DNA of 64,000 bases from Azolla caroliniana (Eukaryota; Plantae; Polypodiophyta), in assembly GCA_043228905.1 (NCBI GenBank), contig JBHGNT010000003.1:21700001-21764000 (forward strand). Reading direction: 5' to 3'. Positions 36,874 to 48,794 of the stretch are shown piece after piece. The position numbers and the translations under genes are program-made. Under the pieces are notes generated by a model that did no database searches, was not told where the DNA came from, and was given only the letters and a program-made list of their open reading frames with translations. Position 1 is the first letter of the stretch. Every line of letters begins with the position of its first letter.

Positions 36874-38931
36874 CTACTCGGCACCTTTCTTTGACCTAAA
36901 ATTCTCTTTGAGTTCAGAAAACTTTTTAAAGCATTGAACTTTGGTTTTCCCTGGCACAGCAGTGGAAATTCTTTCCCATCTCTGAGGTGTATCCTTCGGG
37001 AATGCTTTCAAAGCCTTGATGAGTGAGCTTTCTTGAACATCAGACCATACATCCTGTTCAACTTTACTTATCTTACCGTTTGATACTGTATCATTTCCAT
37101 TTGAAACTGTTTCATGTTTCTCTTCAGTCTTCACACCCACAGATTTAATGACTTTTGTGCTTCCATTCGGTAAAGAGCTTGATGTATCTGCCTCAGCACT
37201 GTTAGTGTTAGTAGTAATAGTACTAGTAGTAGTAGAGGACTCAGAAGATTCCACTACAGAATCTTCTCGTGTCGATAATGGAGACTCGATAACTACATTT
37301 GATACTTTCCTCTTCTCTAAGAAGGAATCAAAAGCTTTGGTTGAATCTGGCTTCTGTAGAAGAACAGTTTTAACAGCCTTTAGAATCTCCTCTACAGATC
37401 GATTTGTTCCAATGTAACTTGAAACAACTTCCCATCTCTGAGATGTACCCTTAGGATACTTCAATACTGCTTTCCTTAGCAATTCCACTTCTTCTTTACT
37501 CCATGGCTTTTCTTTCTTCTCAGAAGCATTAAGAGTGTTGCTAAATACCTTAGAGCATTCTACTGAAGCTTTCACATCCTTACTAGGAGAAACATTATCA
37601 GATGTTTGGTCCAAATTTTCAAGATTTCTTAAAGCTTTTTGAAGAATCAATGCCTTTTCTTGAATATGTTTACCTTCCACTGCTTCAGATATACTCCTCA
37701 GCCTATCACTGTCAAGGGAAGTGCATAGATTTTCAATATCATCTTCTGTAATGTCCAAATCTCTCTGTGCGACCACATCCAAGGATGCAGACCTCAACCT
37801 AGATTTCTCTTTCCTCAGCAATTTCCTCTCTCTTTCTTTGTTCTTCCTCTTCGCGGCAGCTTCTTCTGATGCTCTCTTCTCTTCTTGCTCCTTCCTAATC
37901 TTCTCTTCTTCGATCAGTCGAGCAGCTTCTTCTTCCTTATCTATTTTGGCCTGAATCTTTGCTTGCTTCTTCCTTAGCTTCTCAGCTTTCTCATCTTCTC
38001 TCCTCTTCAAAATCCGTGGATCTCTCTTGTATGCATTTTCCACTATTGTTCGTATCCTCACACTTTCTTCCTTCCTGGCTTTCTCAGAAAGTTTTGCATT
38101 CTGCCTTTCCATCCATCTCTTATGCTCTCTACTCTCCGCTTCATCTATATCATATTCGTTTGCATCGGGAAACTCTCGCCAGCTCTTGAAACTGTTCCAG
38201 AAGTCATAGAACTTATCTACTTCTTCCAAGGGAGTATTATCGTCACCAAGGGAAGGAACTTGTTGGACCACAGACCATTTTGCATTTCTCATGAACACAG
38301 GACCATAGACCCTAAAGAAATCTTTTGGTGAACAATCTCCTGGTACATCATCATCAAATTCATCAGTTGAATCGTAGATCCTTCTCTTCACGGGATCTAT
38401 CAGAACCTCGTAAGCTTTCTGGATTGCCTTGAAATGCTGATCAATCTCTTCTTTCTTAGCTGCTTTCTTTTCCTCTGTCTCTTCAGCGAGAAGAAGAGAC
38501 GCTTGCTTATCAGGATGAAACTTGAGGGCACATTCTCTGTAAGATTTCCTCACCTGATCTTCCGTTGCGAGGAAACGAAGATGACCCAGCCCTATCAAAG
38601 CGTAGTGATCTTGCTCTCCTTGGCCAGAGGGAGACGAAGAGGATCCTTTCTTTTTCCCTTTGGAATAGAAAGAATCAGAAGAAGCAGAAGAAGAAAAGAA
38701 GCTCTCTTCTTTATTATTGTTCGGCGAGCTTCCATGAGCTTCTTGTTTATCTTCCTCATCAGCAGGACTGAGACCTAACCCTAGGATCTGCAGAGCGAGA
38801 GAGTGAAAGGAGAGGCCAGCAGGTTCATACCTTGAGGTCTTGAGTGGGGGAGCATTTGAAGAGACGAGGAGGGGAAGGAGAAGGGAATCGCGAGCTTCTG
38901 GCGATGGGTAAGTGATGAGAAGAGGTGCCAT
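36874..38931 (-). CDS. ZRF1: DnaJ homolog subfamily C member 2 (ZRF1/MPP11/zuotin-related), 685 aa, CDS without introns
   Basis: YEPAG N-terminal motif, J domain (QDHYALIGL...HPDK), zuotin region (FYDFWNSFKSWREF, RWMERQN), coiled coil and two SANT/Myb domains. Start taken at MAPLLITY (38931); the upstream in-frame part is a simple-repeat UTR. Confidence 0.95.
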   Translation of the reverse strand: MAPLLITYPSPEARDSLLLPLLVSSNAPPLKTSRYEPAGLSFHSLALQILGLGLSPADEEDKQEAHGSSPNNNKEESFFSSSASSDSFYSKGKKKGSSSSPSGQGEQDHYALIGLGHLRFLATEDQVRKSYRECALKFHPDKQASLLLAEETEEKKAAKKEEIDQHFKAIQKAYEVLIDPVKRRIYDSTDEFDDDVPGDCSPKDFFRVYGPVFMRNAKWSVVQQVPSLGDDNTPLEEVDKFYDFWNSFKSWREFPDANEYDIDEAESREHKRWMERQNAKLSEKARKEESVRIRTIVENAYKRDPRILKRREDEKAEKLRKKQAKIQAKIDKEEEAARLIEEEKIRKEQEEKRASEEAAAKRKNKERERKLLRKEKSRLRSASLDVVAQRDLDITEDDIENLCTSLDSDRLRSISEAVEGKHIQEKALILQKALRNLENLDQTSDNVSPSKDVKASVECSKVFSNTLNASEKKEKPWSKEEVELLRKAVLKYPKGTSQRWEVVSSYIGTNRSVEEILKAVKTVLLQKPDSTKAFDSFLEKRKVSNVVIESPLSTREDSVVESSESSTTTSTITTNTNSAEADTSSSLPNGSTKVIKSVGVKTEEKHETVSNGNDTVSNGKISKVEQDVWSDVQESSLIKALKAFPKDTPQRWERISTAVPGKTKVQCFKKFSELKENFRSKKGAE

Positions 38932-38976
38932 AGCTCCTTCCTTCCTTCCTTCCTTCCTTCCTCTTGATTTGTCCCT

Positions 38977-39007
<31 letters not shown>

Positions 39008-39283
39008 GCAGAAAAATTAGGGTTCAGAGAGTGCTTCCAAGATTTTTTATTTCTACAGTTATATATAAACATGTATAAAATATGTATATATAGGTTTTGA
39101 GCATTTACACAAATGCCCTTCCTTTCTTCTCAAATGCCCCTCATTCCTTATAAACACGCATAAAAATATATAATTTGTGGGAGTTTGCACAAATGCCCCT
39201 TCTATCTTCTCAAATTCCCAAAATACCCCTCGTTCCTTCGATGAGATGCAATACATGACACCGAGAGAGAGAGAGAGAGAGGT

Positions 39284-39440
39284 TTTTAAGATCCATGGAA
39301 GACCGATTGCTATCTATGATACGGGGTCTAGCCCATGCCAAGGATTGTGTTCCCTCAAAGTATCGGTTCTGTAAAGGCAACGTTTCTCCAAGAAAGAAGT
39401 GTGAGGCATGTGGCGTTGCCGATGAAAGGTGGCGTGTAAT

Positions 39441-39483
<43 letters not shown>

Positions 39484-39596
39484 TTTTTAAGATCCATGGA
39501 AGACCGATTGTTATCTATGATACATGGTCTACCCCATGGAGAGGATTGTGTTCCCTCAAATTTATGAACTTTGATGTTATGGTGTAAAGCACCAAG

Positions 39597-39664
<68 letters not shown>
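39284..39664 (+). repeat. ~75-bp duplicated unit (39284-39359, 39484-39560) interleaved with (GA)n and (CA)n microsatellites
   Basis: TTTTAAGATCCATGGAAGACCGATTG...GGATTGTGTTCCCTCAAA occurs twice. (CA)n lies at 39442-39480 and (GA)n at 39599-39664. Confidence 0.9.
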
Positions 39665-39666
<2 letters not shown>

Positions 39667-39796
39667 CTAGCATCATCTTTAGAGGTTAAATATGACCTAT
39701 GTGACCAAAAATATTACATTTCACGTGATATGTGTGAAAGTGAATAGCGACTCTCGATGTTCACATAGAACAGTTGGAGTTAAGTAGTACTCTCTC

Positions 39797-40709
39797 CCTA
39801 TGTGGGGTAAGGAAGCAAACCCATCCCTTTCTTCCAATTCACAACTAGATTGGGTCGCCACATTCTAGCTGGTCAAACCGCCTGAGAGCCGGCTGTTGCG
39901 AAGGTTTGGCACACATTTCAAGTTCCTCCCACAATAATCACCAAGTTTTGGAAGAAACTCTGGAAACAACAACACGTGAGGCAAATTACCACGTTCCAAT
40001 GGCTATTAATACATAAGTTCCTACCGGTGGGAGCATGACAACGTGGGAACCTTAGCTCTCCCAATTGTGTAGAGTGCCCACATGCAGTAGAATCAATACG
40101 ACACGCTCTGTGAGACAGCCCAACGTCCCATCGAATATGGCGGGGGGTTGGCCGCTTGTTGCAATTATGCCAGATGCAAGGCTCAATCTAGTGGGGAAAT
40201 ATATGTTGGCTATCATGGCAGACCGCAATTGGCAAATACGAGCATTAGGAGGAGGGGATGACTTTGGTGATAAAAGCACAAGAGGTTTCTTTCTCCTCCA
40301 GCGGCAATGTCCACTCCACTCCTCTTAATGACAATTCTCAAGAGGTGTTGGAATTGGTCACCCCAATAACTCTTTGGATTCTATGGAAACAACGATGTAG
40401 GCGAGTCTTCTCCAACCAAACCGTACATCCAACAAGGTTATTGCAAGAGATATGGAGTGAAATTTTAGCCACTCTGAAGAACCAATATGATGGCCTTAAG
40501 GGCGGCTCCGAGGGAGTTGAAAGACAACGAATAGCCTTCATCCAACAATGGTCGTCCTCTCCCTTTCTTGAGTCAGTGGGCATCTACATAAGATGGAACT
40601 ATCGCGTCCCTTTAGGGATTCGTACATAATTGTTTCATTTGTAAAATTTTATAACTAATGGAAGGAGTTTTTTTTTGGAAAAAAAAGAAAAAAGAAAAAA
40701 GAAAAAAGA
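39797..40709 (+). mobile_element. 5'-truncated L1-type LINE with A-rich tail and 15-bp TSD
   Basis: Encodes a decayed zf-RVT region (FWKKLWK...FQWLLIHKFLP...CVECP...ESIRHAL) and ITLWILWKQRCRRVF. TSD AAGTAGTACTCTCTC at 39782-39796 and 40710-40724. Confidence 0.92.
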
Positions 40710-43700
40710 AAGTAGTACTCTCTCTCAATGTTCGAGAATTTGTATTACTAAGAGGATGTTAATATATGATGTCAATAGTTTCTATCAGAATTTTATCCAT
40801 CAAACCCAATGTCGTGTAAATAGTGGGATACATGTATGCCGAGGAATGAGGTGGAAACACTAAAGTTCAGAACAAGGGGAGTTTTGAGATCAACAAGAGA
40901 ATTGGCCAAAATCAAGTCTTGGTAAAGTCTTAAGATATTTATAAGATAGATTTCAAAGGGGACAAAATGAAAAGAAATAGTAAGTAACACTTGATAGGAT
41001 TTGAATAGAAAAGTCGATAAAGTTTAGGTGAAAAGTTTCTATCACAATTTATTGTCCTCAAAGATCTACTTGAACCTTTTGGACCAAAATGAAACCTTTT
41101 TCACATAATGTGTATGGAATTTTGAAGAACTCTTTTCAATATTCAAAGCGATATATTGTATGTGGTGAATTGTAAGGATCATGTTTTGATACTTCTTTTC
41201 AATATAAAGCATATACCATGTTCCTTATGCTCATGTTAATTGAGGATACAATGTGGTTACTATCACGAGGGATAAGTTAGACATGGCCTATATTCATAGA
41301 GGCCAAGTTCAATTGTTAGGGGTAAAAGAATATGGCTCATTGGCATTTATGCACAAAATGATTATGTTCAACATGTGAGCTTTATGATGATCATAACCAA
41401 ATCTCATTGGGCAACTAGGTTTTTCGATACGTGATTTGCATATGTATTTTGATGTGGTCCAATCTATCTCGACACACCATTGAATGAATGCTCCAATTGT
41501 GGGTGTCTTGACTCTTCATCTTATGGGTGAACACAAGTCTTTAGTACATAGTTTTTGGTATGTTGGGTCAATATAGATCATATACATATTCTTCCCTTTA
41601 AATGCCAAAGTGATATGTCTTAATATTTAGCAAATGGAAATGTCCACCAATTGTGTATATGTGTTGAACCACACGTGACACATTTGTGTAAATGTAAATG
41701 TGTGAATTTATGAACATATATGTAATTATATGTATGTATGGATAGATGGAAAATATGTTTGTTTGTATGTGACTATGAAATTAATATGGTATGCGCACCC
41801 TTACATATAATAGTAAAGTTTTTGGTGTATTAAATTCACATTTTTCTATGTGATTACTTGTGTTTATTGTCAACATCAACATTTCATAATTATCAAATTT
41901 TCTATGTGTAAGAATTGTTCAATATATGTGTGCAAGGTAAGATATATCTCCATTACATGCCTAAATTGCTTTGATTTCAACGCGCTTCACATCTTTAAAT
42001 ATCTCCTCCCTCACATTCTCTCAAAGCTGTCTTATTCTCAGAATAGGGAAACTACTCTATATGTTAAGCCTATTCATTTGTTCGCCATATGTACCATTGC
42101 TTTCGTAGGACTTAGCTCAAATTCTCTTTAATGTGGAATGAGGCATTGAGACGGAGATGCATTGACTATGCATATTTTGCCCGAAACAAGTGTGGGAGCT
42201 CGAGTATCACAATTTGATGAAATGAGTTTGTTTTCGTACGTTGTCAATCTTGTCTACTCCCAACACACATTCATTTCATAGTCACAATGTGCACTCTCAA
42301 TCGCAACGTTTATTAGTACAATTCGTGAACATCGAAAGTCAATAAATGATTTGGTTTGGGTCCCATAACTCATATTTGACTTCCAAGGACATCAATAAAT
42401 CCTATCTATCATAGAATATAGAAACAATTTATGTGATTCACACAAACTATGTAGTATACGCAAACATCAATTATAATAAAACATTCTGCCACACATTGAA
42501 AAACTCAAGACAGGGTGAAAACTAATTGTACTAAGGCATTTGGGCTATCCACTAGGTTGGAAATGATAGAGAAATAACATTGCATAATATAATACAAGAT
42601 CTAGATTACTAGAAAATTGCCATGGCAACATCTCTCTAGTCATCATTTACAAGTTCTTCATTTTGGAAGTTTCCCAGAGTCACTTCGTAGTATATCCAAA
42701 TTTTGAATGTTGTGAAGGAAAATATCATGGAGTTGAAGGCAATAATGCAATGACCTGCCTAAGAGATTGCTTGAAGTGCTTTTGAGGACAACATTATACA
42801 CTAGTTTATCATGAGACTAACAAACTATGGATATAGGGTAATGTCTTCAATGTCTCCACAAACATGATCCTAATACATCAAATTATATACATACCTATGC
42901 ACATACATGTGCGCACTTACACATAAACACAATCCATATCAAAATTGAATAGAAACTTACCCACCCACATACATACACACAAACATATAATGTGAACAAA
43001 TGCATATGTACATGATAGACATGCAAGCACACAGACAAAGAACATATGTGTCCACATGTACAAAGGGATGTGCTTTGACACATTTATTGGTGTAGACACA
43101 CACATACTAAACTTTTCTTTTTGGTGAGATTCTTAATTGAGAGGTGATTTTATTCCATTAAGATGAACTTTGACCCAAATTTGTGCGCATTTTTGAAGTT
43201 TCCTTCTCCATGAACCATGGCATGATTCAATATGTATGATCAATCCATGCTAGCTTCCATTAATTGTCATATGCAATGCAATAGCAAATCATAGTGAATG
43301 TTCCCAATTCAATCTTCATAATTGTATCTCTCCTAGTGATTTGATTAATCGCATAATACAATGAATTTTTTATTTACTTCTTGATTGACATAATATAGTC
43401 AAGAAAAGTGCACATAATCCATAACTACATTAGGAGAGACAATGATCAGTATTTGCGTTTTCTATAGAAAGAAAGAGAGAAAGGGGATGCATCCCATGTG
43501 CTAACAAGTTAGTAAAAGGGGGGAGATTTGCAAGACATTGTTTTTGTTGTTGCATATTGTTACCACATTCTTTGGCTAATGACCTCAAAAAGTGACAAGA
43601 ACTAAAGATTAGCAAGCGGAAATGGTACATGATGGTATGTTGGATCAATTAAAACCTAGATAGGGGTTTAAATGAGGGCCAACCAAATGATCCTAGGATG

Positions 43701-44167
43701 ATAATGATTAGGGGAAGGAGGTATTAAGGATGGAACACAAGAATCAACAATATAAGCACATGGGGAAGGCAAAGAAGGTGGTTGATAACCTGTGCCATGG
43801 AATGTATATATGGAGGGTGTTACGAGCATGACCATATAATATCTCGTGGTATTCTATACACGTGGATAAAGTGTGAGGGTTAAATGAGAGTGTAAAGAAG
43901 GGATGGATTACTTTTAATCCTTGGGATTGGGACAACCCATAAAGCTAAGTGTGAACTTGCATGGGGGCCTTAGGTCTGACTATAAATATGAGGCCTAGCT
44001 ACCCTCATTGGATAACTTATCGACTATGTCGAGCCTCTGTCCTTGTGGTGGGTCAACTCTTGTAACGAGCACGCTAGAACCCACAACTTTTTGGTCTATG
44101 TGTTGAACCTTTAACCATTGTAATAACATATATGATTTGTAGCTATAACAATTATATTTTTAGTATT

Positions 44168-44363
44168 GGAATATTCTAGAACATTCTTGAATATTTCATG
44201 ATTATATTTATTATCATAAATATCTAAACTATTCTAGAATACTCCATAAGGATCTATAAATAGGTGTTAATACATTCATCACAACTCATTCAGTTCAATA
44301 CTAGTCTTTAGCCCTTAGCCTACTCTTTGTAACCTTGTTTTCTCATATTATAATACCATTTCC

Positions 44364-44395
<32 letters not shown>

Positions 44396-44485
44396 ACGAG
44401 TCACGAATTGGTTCTCAATAATGCCACTTGCCTCTTTTTATAGTGTGCTTAGGAGTATTCTTGACATTTCTAGAATGTTCCAGAG
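44168..44485. promoter_or_regulatory. Two convergent heat-shock-element plus TATA modules
   Basis: A perfect five-unit HSE gGAAtaTTCtaGAAcaTTCttGAAt (44168-44192) precedes TATAAATA (44255) on the plus strand. HSE TTCtaGAAtgTTC (44468-44480) precedes TATAAAAA (44442-44435) on the minus strand. Confidence 0.6.
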
Positions 44486-44552
44486 AAAGCTAGAATATAC
44501 ATGGATTTCCTACGTGAAATTATAAATGAAAACAATATTTTGTGTATTACGA

Positions 44553-46982
44553 CGTCGTGAAGATTTCCGGCTATAGTGTGAAACCGGGGTGGAATGGGCA
44601 AGTCAGTGGTGTGCAACATGTGCACATGTATAGTAGGAAGACAATGTATAGAATAAGGGGGAGTATTTATCCCACATTGTAATGTCCCTCCCTCATTGGG
44701 CTATAAAAGGAAGGAAGGGGTCTCTTGTGAAGGGGTTGCCTATTTTGAGTGAGAGAGGTATACCACTTAGGTCAAGGGTCTCTATTCGGTTTAGAGTTTC
44801 TTCTAGGGTTTCTTCATCTTCTTCTTTACTTAGGAGGTTAGGGTTTCTTGTAGCCATTGGGTTTTGGCCTATGCCGCCATGGTTATATTCGTTTGCGGAT
44901 TCATAATATAACTTGCTTGTATATCTTGTCTTGTTGAGGTATCTTGCTTATGTCCATTCTATGTTATTGTCTAATTCTTTTCTCTTCTTCTCGTGAGCTA
45001 AGCTTCCATTTCATGTCTTACTCTTTCTCCTCTACTTCCTAGTCTAAGACCCCCGCGGTCCTGCCTAAGATCCTACACGTACTCGTGGATTATCGCGACA
45101 TAATTTGGTGAACTAAGATTGGAGGTCGAGGTACACAAGCCACGATACACGGTGGGAGCTGGTGAGCGTGAGAAGGAGGCCAAGCGGACGCAACGACTAC
45201 GGTCCGGTGGAAGACTGGAAACAAGAGGAACCCTCCGCACCTATTCTAGAGATTTCGGCGGTTGCAGATCGACGTAAGACGGGTGGTGGCGAGGAGTCGG
45301 AAGCCGGAGCGGACAAGGTTACTGGAACGGGTATCCGATACGAAATGACGGACGAGCGGGGCCAAGACGATAAGCTGGAGTCGGAACGGGCTATGATAAC
45401 AAAGGGAGAAGAGGCTGGCGCGGAGGTCGGGTCTACGGCGAGTGAAGGACGTAAAACGGAGCATGCACTACAGCCGGCGAAGGGCCAAGAAGCAAGCATG
45501 CACCCAGAAGAGCTGCAACGAGTGACCGGCAACAACGGACCGGTCCAGCCTTTGAGAGGCAAGCATGTGACGAGAGACGGAGTGGTAAGGTGCCATGATC
45601 GACGGACGAACGACGAGAGAGAAGGATGGTGCACGGAGAATAAAGGGGTACATGCCGAGAAGAGAAAGCGCGGCGTCTCGGAGGACATGCGAGGCCAAGA
45701 GGGCGCAAGTTGAGGTGAAGTGGTACCAAGAGCCGTGATAGACACCGACACGGAGGTCGGAATGATGGTACGCTCTACGACGATAGAGCACGACAAGCAA
45801 GGGGGAAGCGAGGAGTAGGTAATGGGGTTGCCTAAGGACTGAAGAATGAGTGCGCATTCGGGGAACGATAATGGCACATGGGAAGAGCCTACGGAAGGCG
45901 AGCGCGGAGCGGAGAGAGTCGTCACGCGGAGGTGTTCGGGACGTGGAGACGATCGAACCGACGGAGGGACATACGCGGCACGCAAGGCGCGGATTCTGGC
46001 GTACAACTGAAGTGACCGGGGGCCCAATTGAAGGGCATACATGGCGGACAAAGTCGGAGTGGCCGGGTTGACAACAACGTCCGGGAGGACCGATCGGGGA
46101 GGAAGGCACGAATGTCGGATATGGCGAATCGGATGGAGCCGATGGTTTGGGGACGTACGACGGATTGGGAGGCTCGACGGTTCGTGTGGAAGGGACGGGC
46201 ATGCTCAAAGTGGAAGACGAAGTCGAGCAAGGTCAACAAGGATGGCCACGGAGGCGAGTTCCCAGAAGGAGGACATGCGCGGTCCAGAAGTCGACGGATC
46301 GGGGCCGGTAAGGAGACGACGAGACGGTCGGGTGCCGGTAAGGTGGAGGACCCAATTGATCACCGTCGCCAAAATCTCTCACCCTTTTCCTTTCTTGGCA
46401 CATTCCGGTGGATGTGCGATTTGGTGGGGGTGGATGTCGTGAAGATTTTTGGCTATAGTGTGAAACTGGGGTGGAATGGGGAAGTCTGTGGTGTGCAACA
46501 TGTGCACATGTATAGTAGGAAGACGGTGTATAGAATAAGGGAGAGTATTTATCCCACATTGTAATGTCCCTCCCTCCTTGGGCTATAAAACGAAGGGAGG
46601 GGTCTCTTGTGAAGGGGTTGCCTATTTTGAGTGAGAGAGGTATACTACTTAGGTCGAGGGTCTCTATTTGGCTTAGGGTTTCTTCTAGGGTTTCTTCATC
46701 TTCTTCTTTACTTAGGAGGTTAGGGTTTCTTGTAGCCGTTGGGTTTTGGCCTATGCCGCCATGGTTGTATTCGTTTGCAGATTCATAATATAACTTGCTT
46801 GTATATCTTGTCTTGTTGAGGTATCTTGCCTCCGTCTATTCTATGTTATTGTCTTATTCTTTTCTCTTCTTCTCGTGAGCTAAGCTTCCATTTCATGTCT
46901 TACTCTTTCTCCTCTACTCCCTAGTCCAAGACCCTCACAGTCCCGCCTAAGATCCTACACGTACTTGCGGATTATCGCGACA
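44553..46982 (+). mobile_element. Complete non-autonomous LTR retrotransposon (548-bp LTRs, 1.33-kb GC-rich interior)
   Basis: LTRs 44553-45100 and 46435-46982 (TGTCG...CGACA; the first base of the 5' LTR is C), decayed PBS TGGTGAAC at 45106, PPT GGTGGGGGTGGA and 4-bp TSD ACGA (44549-44552, 46983-46986). No gag/pol motifs are recognisable. Confidence 0.92.
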
Positions 46983-46983
46983 A

Positions 46984-47056
46984 CGATGTATAGCTTAATG
47001 GTAAGGCTTCCACCCATGTGACACACAAGGTCATGGGTTTAAATCCTTTTGAAGCC
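46984..47056 (+). repeat. tRNA-derived sequence
   Basis: A box TAGCTTAATGG (46991-47001) and B-box-like GGTTTAAATCC (47036-47046). Confidence 0.55.
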
Positions 47057-48794
47057 ATACCATACTATATCATGAAAACATTGAGCATGAGCTCCACGGA
47101 TCATCCTCAATCTGATGGATAGACAGAACGAGTAAATCAAATTATTGAGGACATGCTTCGAGCATACGTTGGTGCAAAACCAACAAAATGGGAACGTTAT
47201 CTCCTAATTTTGGAGTTTTCTTATAACAGCTCTAAGCATAAATCGACATGATATAGTCCTTTTATGTTGATGTATGGTTTTTAGCCACGAGCCCCGATTG
47301 ATGTTAATATACATCATGAGGAGTTGTGAAGTACGCATGATATGTTGCATATTGCACAAGATAATATAAAAACAACTCAAGATAGAGCACATTTTTGTGC
47401 CAATCATAATTGGCAACCTCGTGTATTCAACCCTAGACGCAGGTATTTTTACGTGTACCTCACAATTTTAAGACATTGTCTATAGGTAAGTTGGCTAAGT
47501 TAGCCCCAAGGTTTTGTGGACCTTTTACAGTCCTCAAATGAATGGGTTCATCAGCTTATCATCTCGCTCTTCCTGATGGCATTGAAATCCATCTAGTTTT
47601 TCATGTAAGTTGTCTAAAAGAACTTCTTGGTTTTGGCGACAATACAATTACAACTGCAACTTTGGTTATTTCTGAAGAATTATCTTCTAAACCACATTTA
47701 CCAAAAAGAATTCTCGATGTTAAAACAAAACATTTACGATCTAACATAATACGAGAATTTAAAATTAAATGGATGGATAAATCTGTCAAAGATGCCACAT
47801 GGGAACACGAAAATACTCTTAGAACTAACTTCCCTAACTTTCCATTACAAGAGTGCAATGTTTTAAAGAGGGGGGAGTATGTTACGTGCATGAGCATATA
47901 ATATCCCGTAGATAAAGTGTGAGGGTTAAACGAGAGTGTAAAGAAGGGATGGATTACTTTCAATCCTTGGGATTGGGACAACCCATTAGGGCAAGTGTGA
48001 ACTTGCATGGGGGCCTTAGGTCTGGCTATAAATATGAGGCCTAGCTACCCTCATTGGATACCTTATTGACTACGTCGAGACTCTGTCCTTGTTGTGGGTC
48101 AACTCTTGTAGCGAGCACGCTAGTACCAGGTACGACTCGACGCCACGACGGTGGTATGGGATGCCGATTGAGGCTCGAGTCCGTGTCGATCCCTTCATTC
48201 GGGGGTGGTTGGGTGGATCAACACCCTTCTTTCTCTCTCTTCTCTTATTTTCTATCTATATTATCCTTATCATATGCTTACATTAGTAGTTAGCTCTAAC
48301 AGAGGGGAACAAAGAAGAACAATCCAAGGGTTAGGAATAGAGTTGCGGTAGAAAATAAATGAATCAATCCTCCCATAGAGATGAAAGAACATTTAGCCAG
48401 TCCCGCTCAATATGGGTATTATGGGGCTAACATTTGACAATAAGGTGCAAGTAAATCCACCTAGCGGACAATGTAGAATATTCCCACAAAGGTTAGAGGA
48501 AGGACCATCAATTTTTTATGGTTGATTGCTATAACATAATTCCCACACCGTATTGAGAGATGTAATGTTTTGTTGTCACGTAGTTCGATGATGAATAATG
48601 ATTGAAAGTACAAGTTATTTTGTAAAAACTTTTGAAAACGTTTCGAGATTGTGACTATCATAAAGTGTTTGTAAAATTATGCGAGAACTTCATGACAATA
48701 ATTGTCAAAATTATGAACAATTTTTTTGTGGTTTGAAAATCAATGCACAAAAATTGGTGTTATCTTTTGTTCAGAGTAGAACTTTTGGGTCAGA

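Larger units (their letters stand above)
43818..48290 (+). mobile_element. Internally deleted Ty3/gypsy chromovirus with nested insertions
   Basis: LTR homology at 43818-44077 and from 47880 (both start TGTTACG), PPT AAGAGGGGGGAG, integrase remnant (HPQSDG*TERVNQIIEDMLRAY, ~47080-47540) and chromodomain (RILDVKTKHLR..FKIKW..DATWE, within 47542-47840). Confidence 0.88.

Noticed and set aside
38932-39072. 47-aa N-terminal extension of ZRF1
   Set aside because: It consists of GAA/GAAG simple repeats typical of a 5'UTR. Homology-like sequence begins at ATG 38931.
45162-46564. Many overlapping 100-284-aa ORFs on both strands
   Set aside because: They lie in the GC-rich interior of an LTR element, are low-complexity and show no recognisable domain. 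Long ORFs are expected from stop-codon scarcity.
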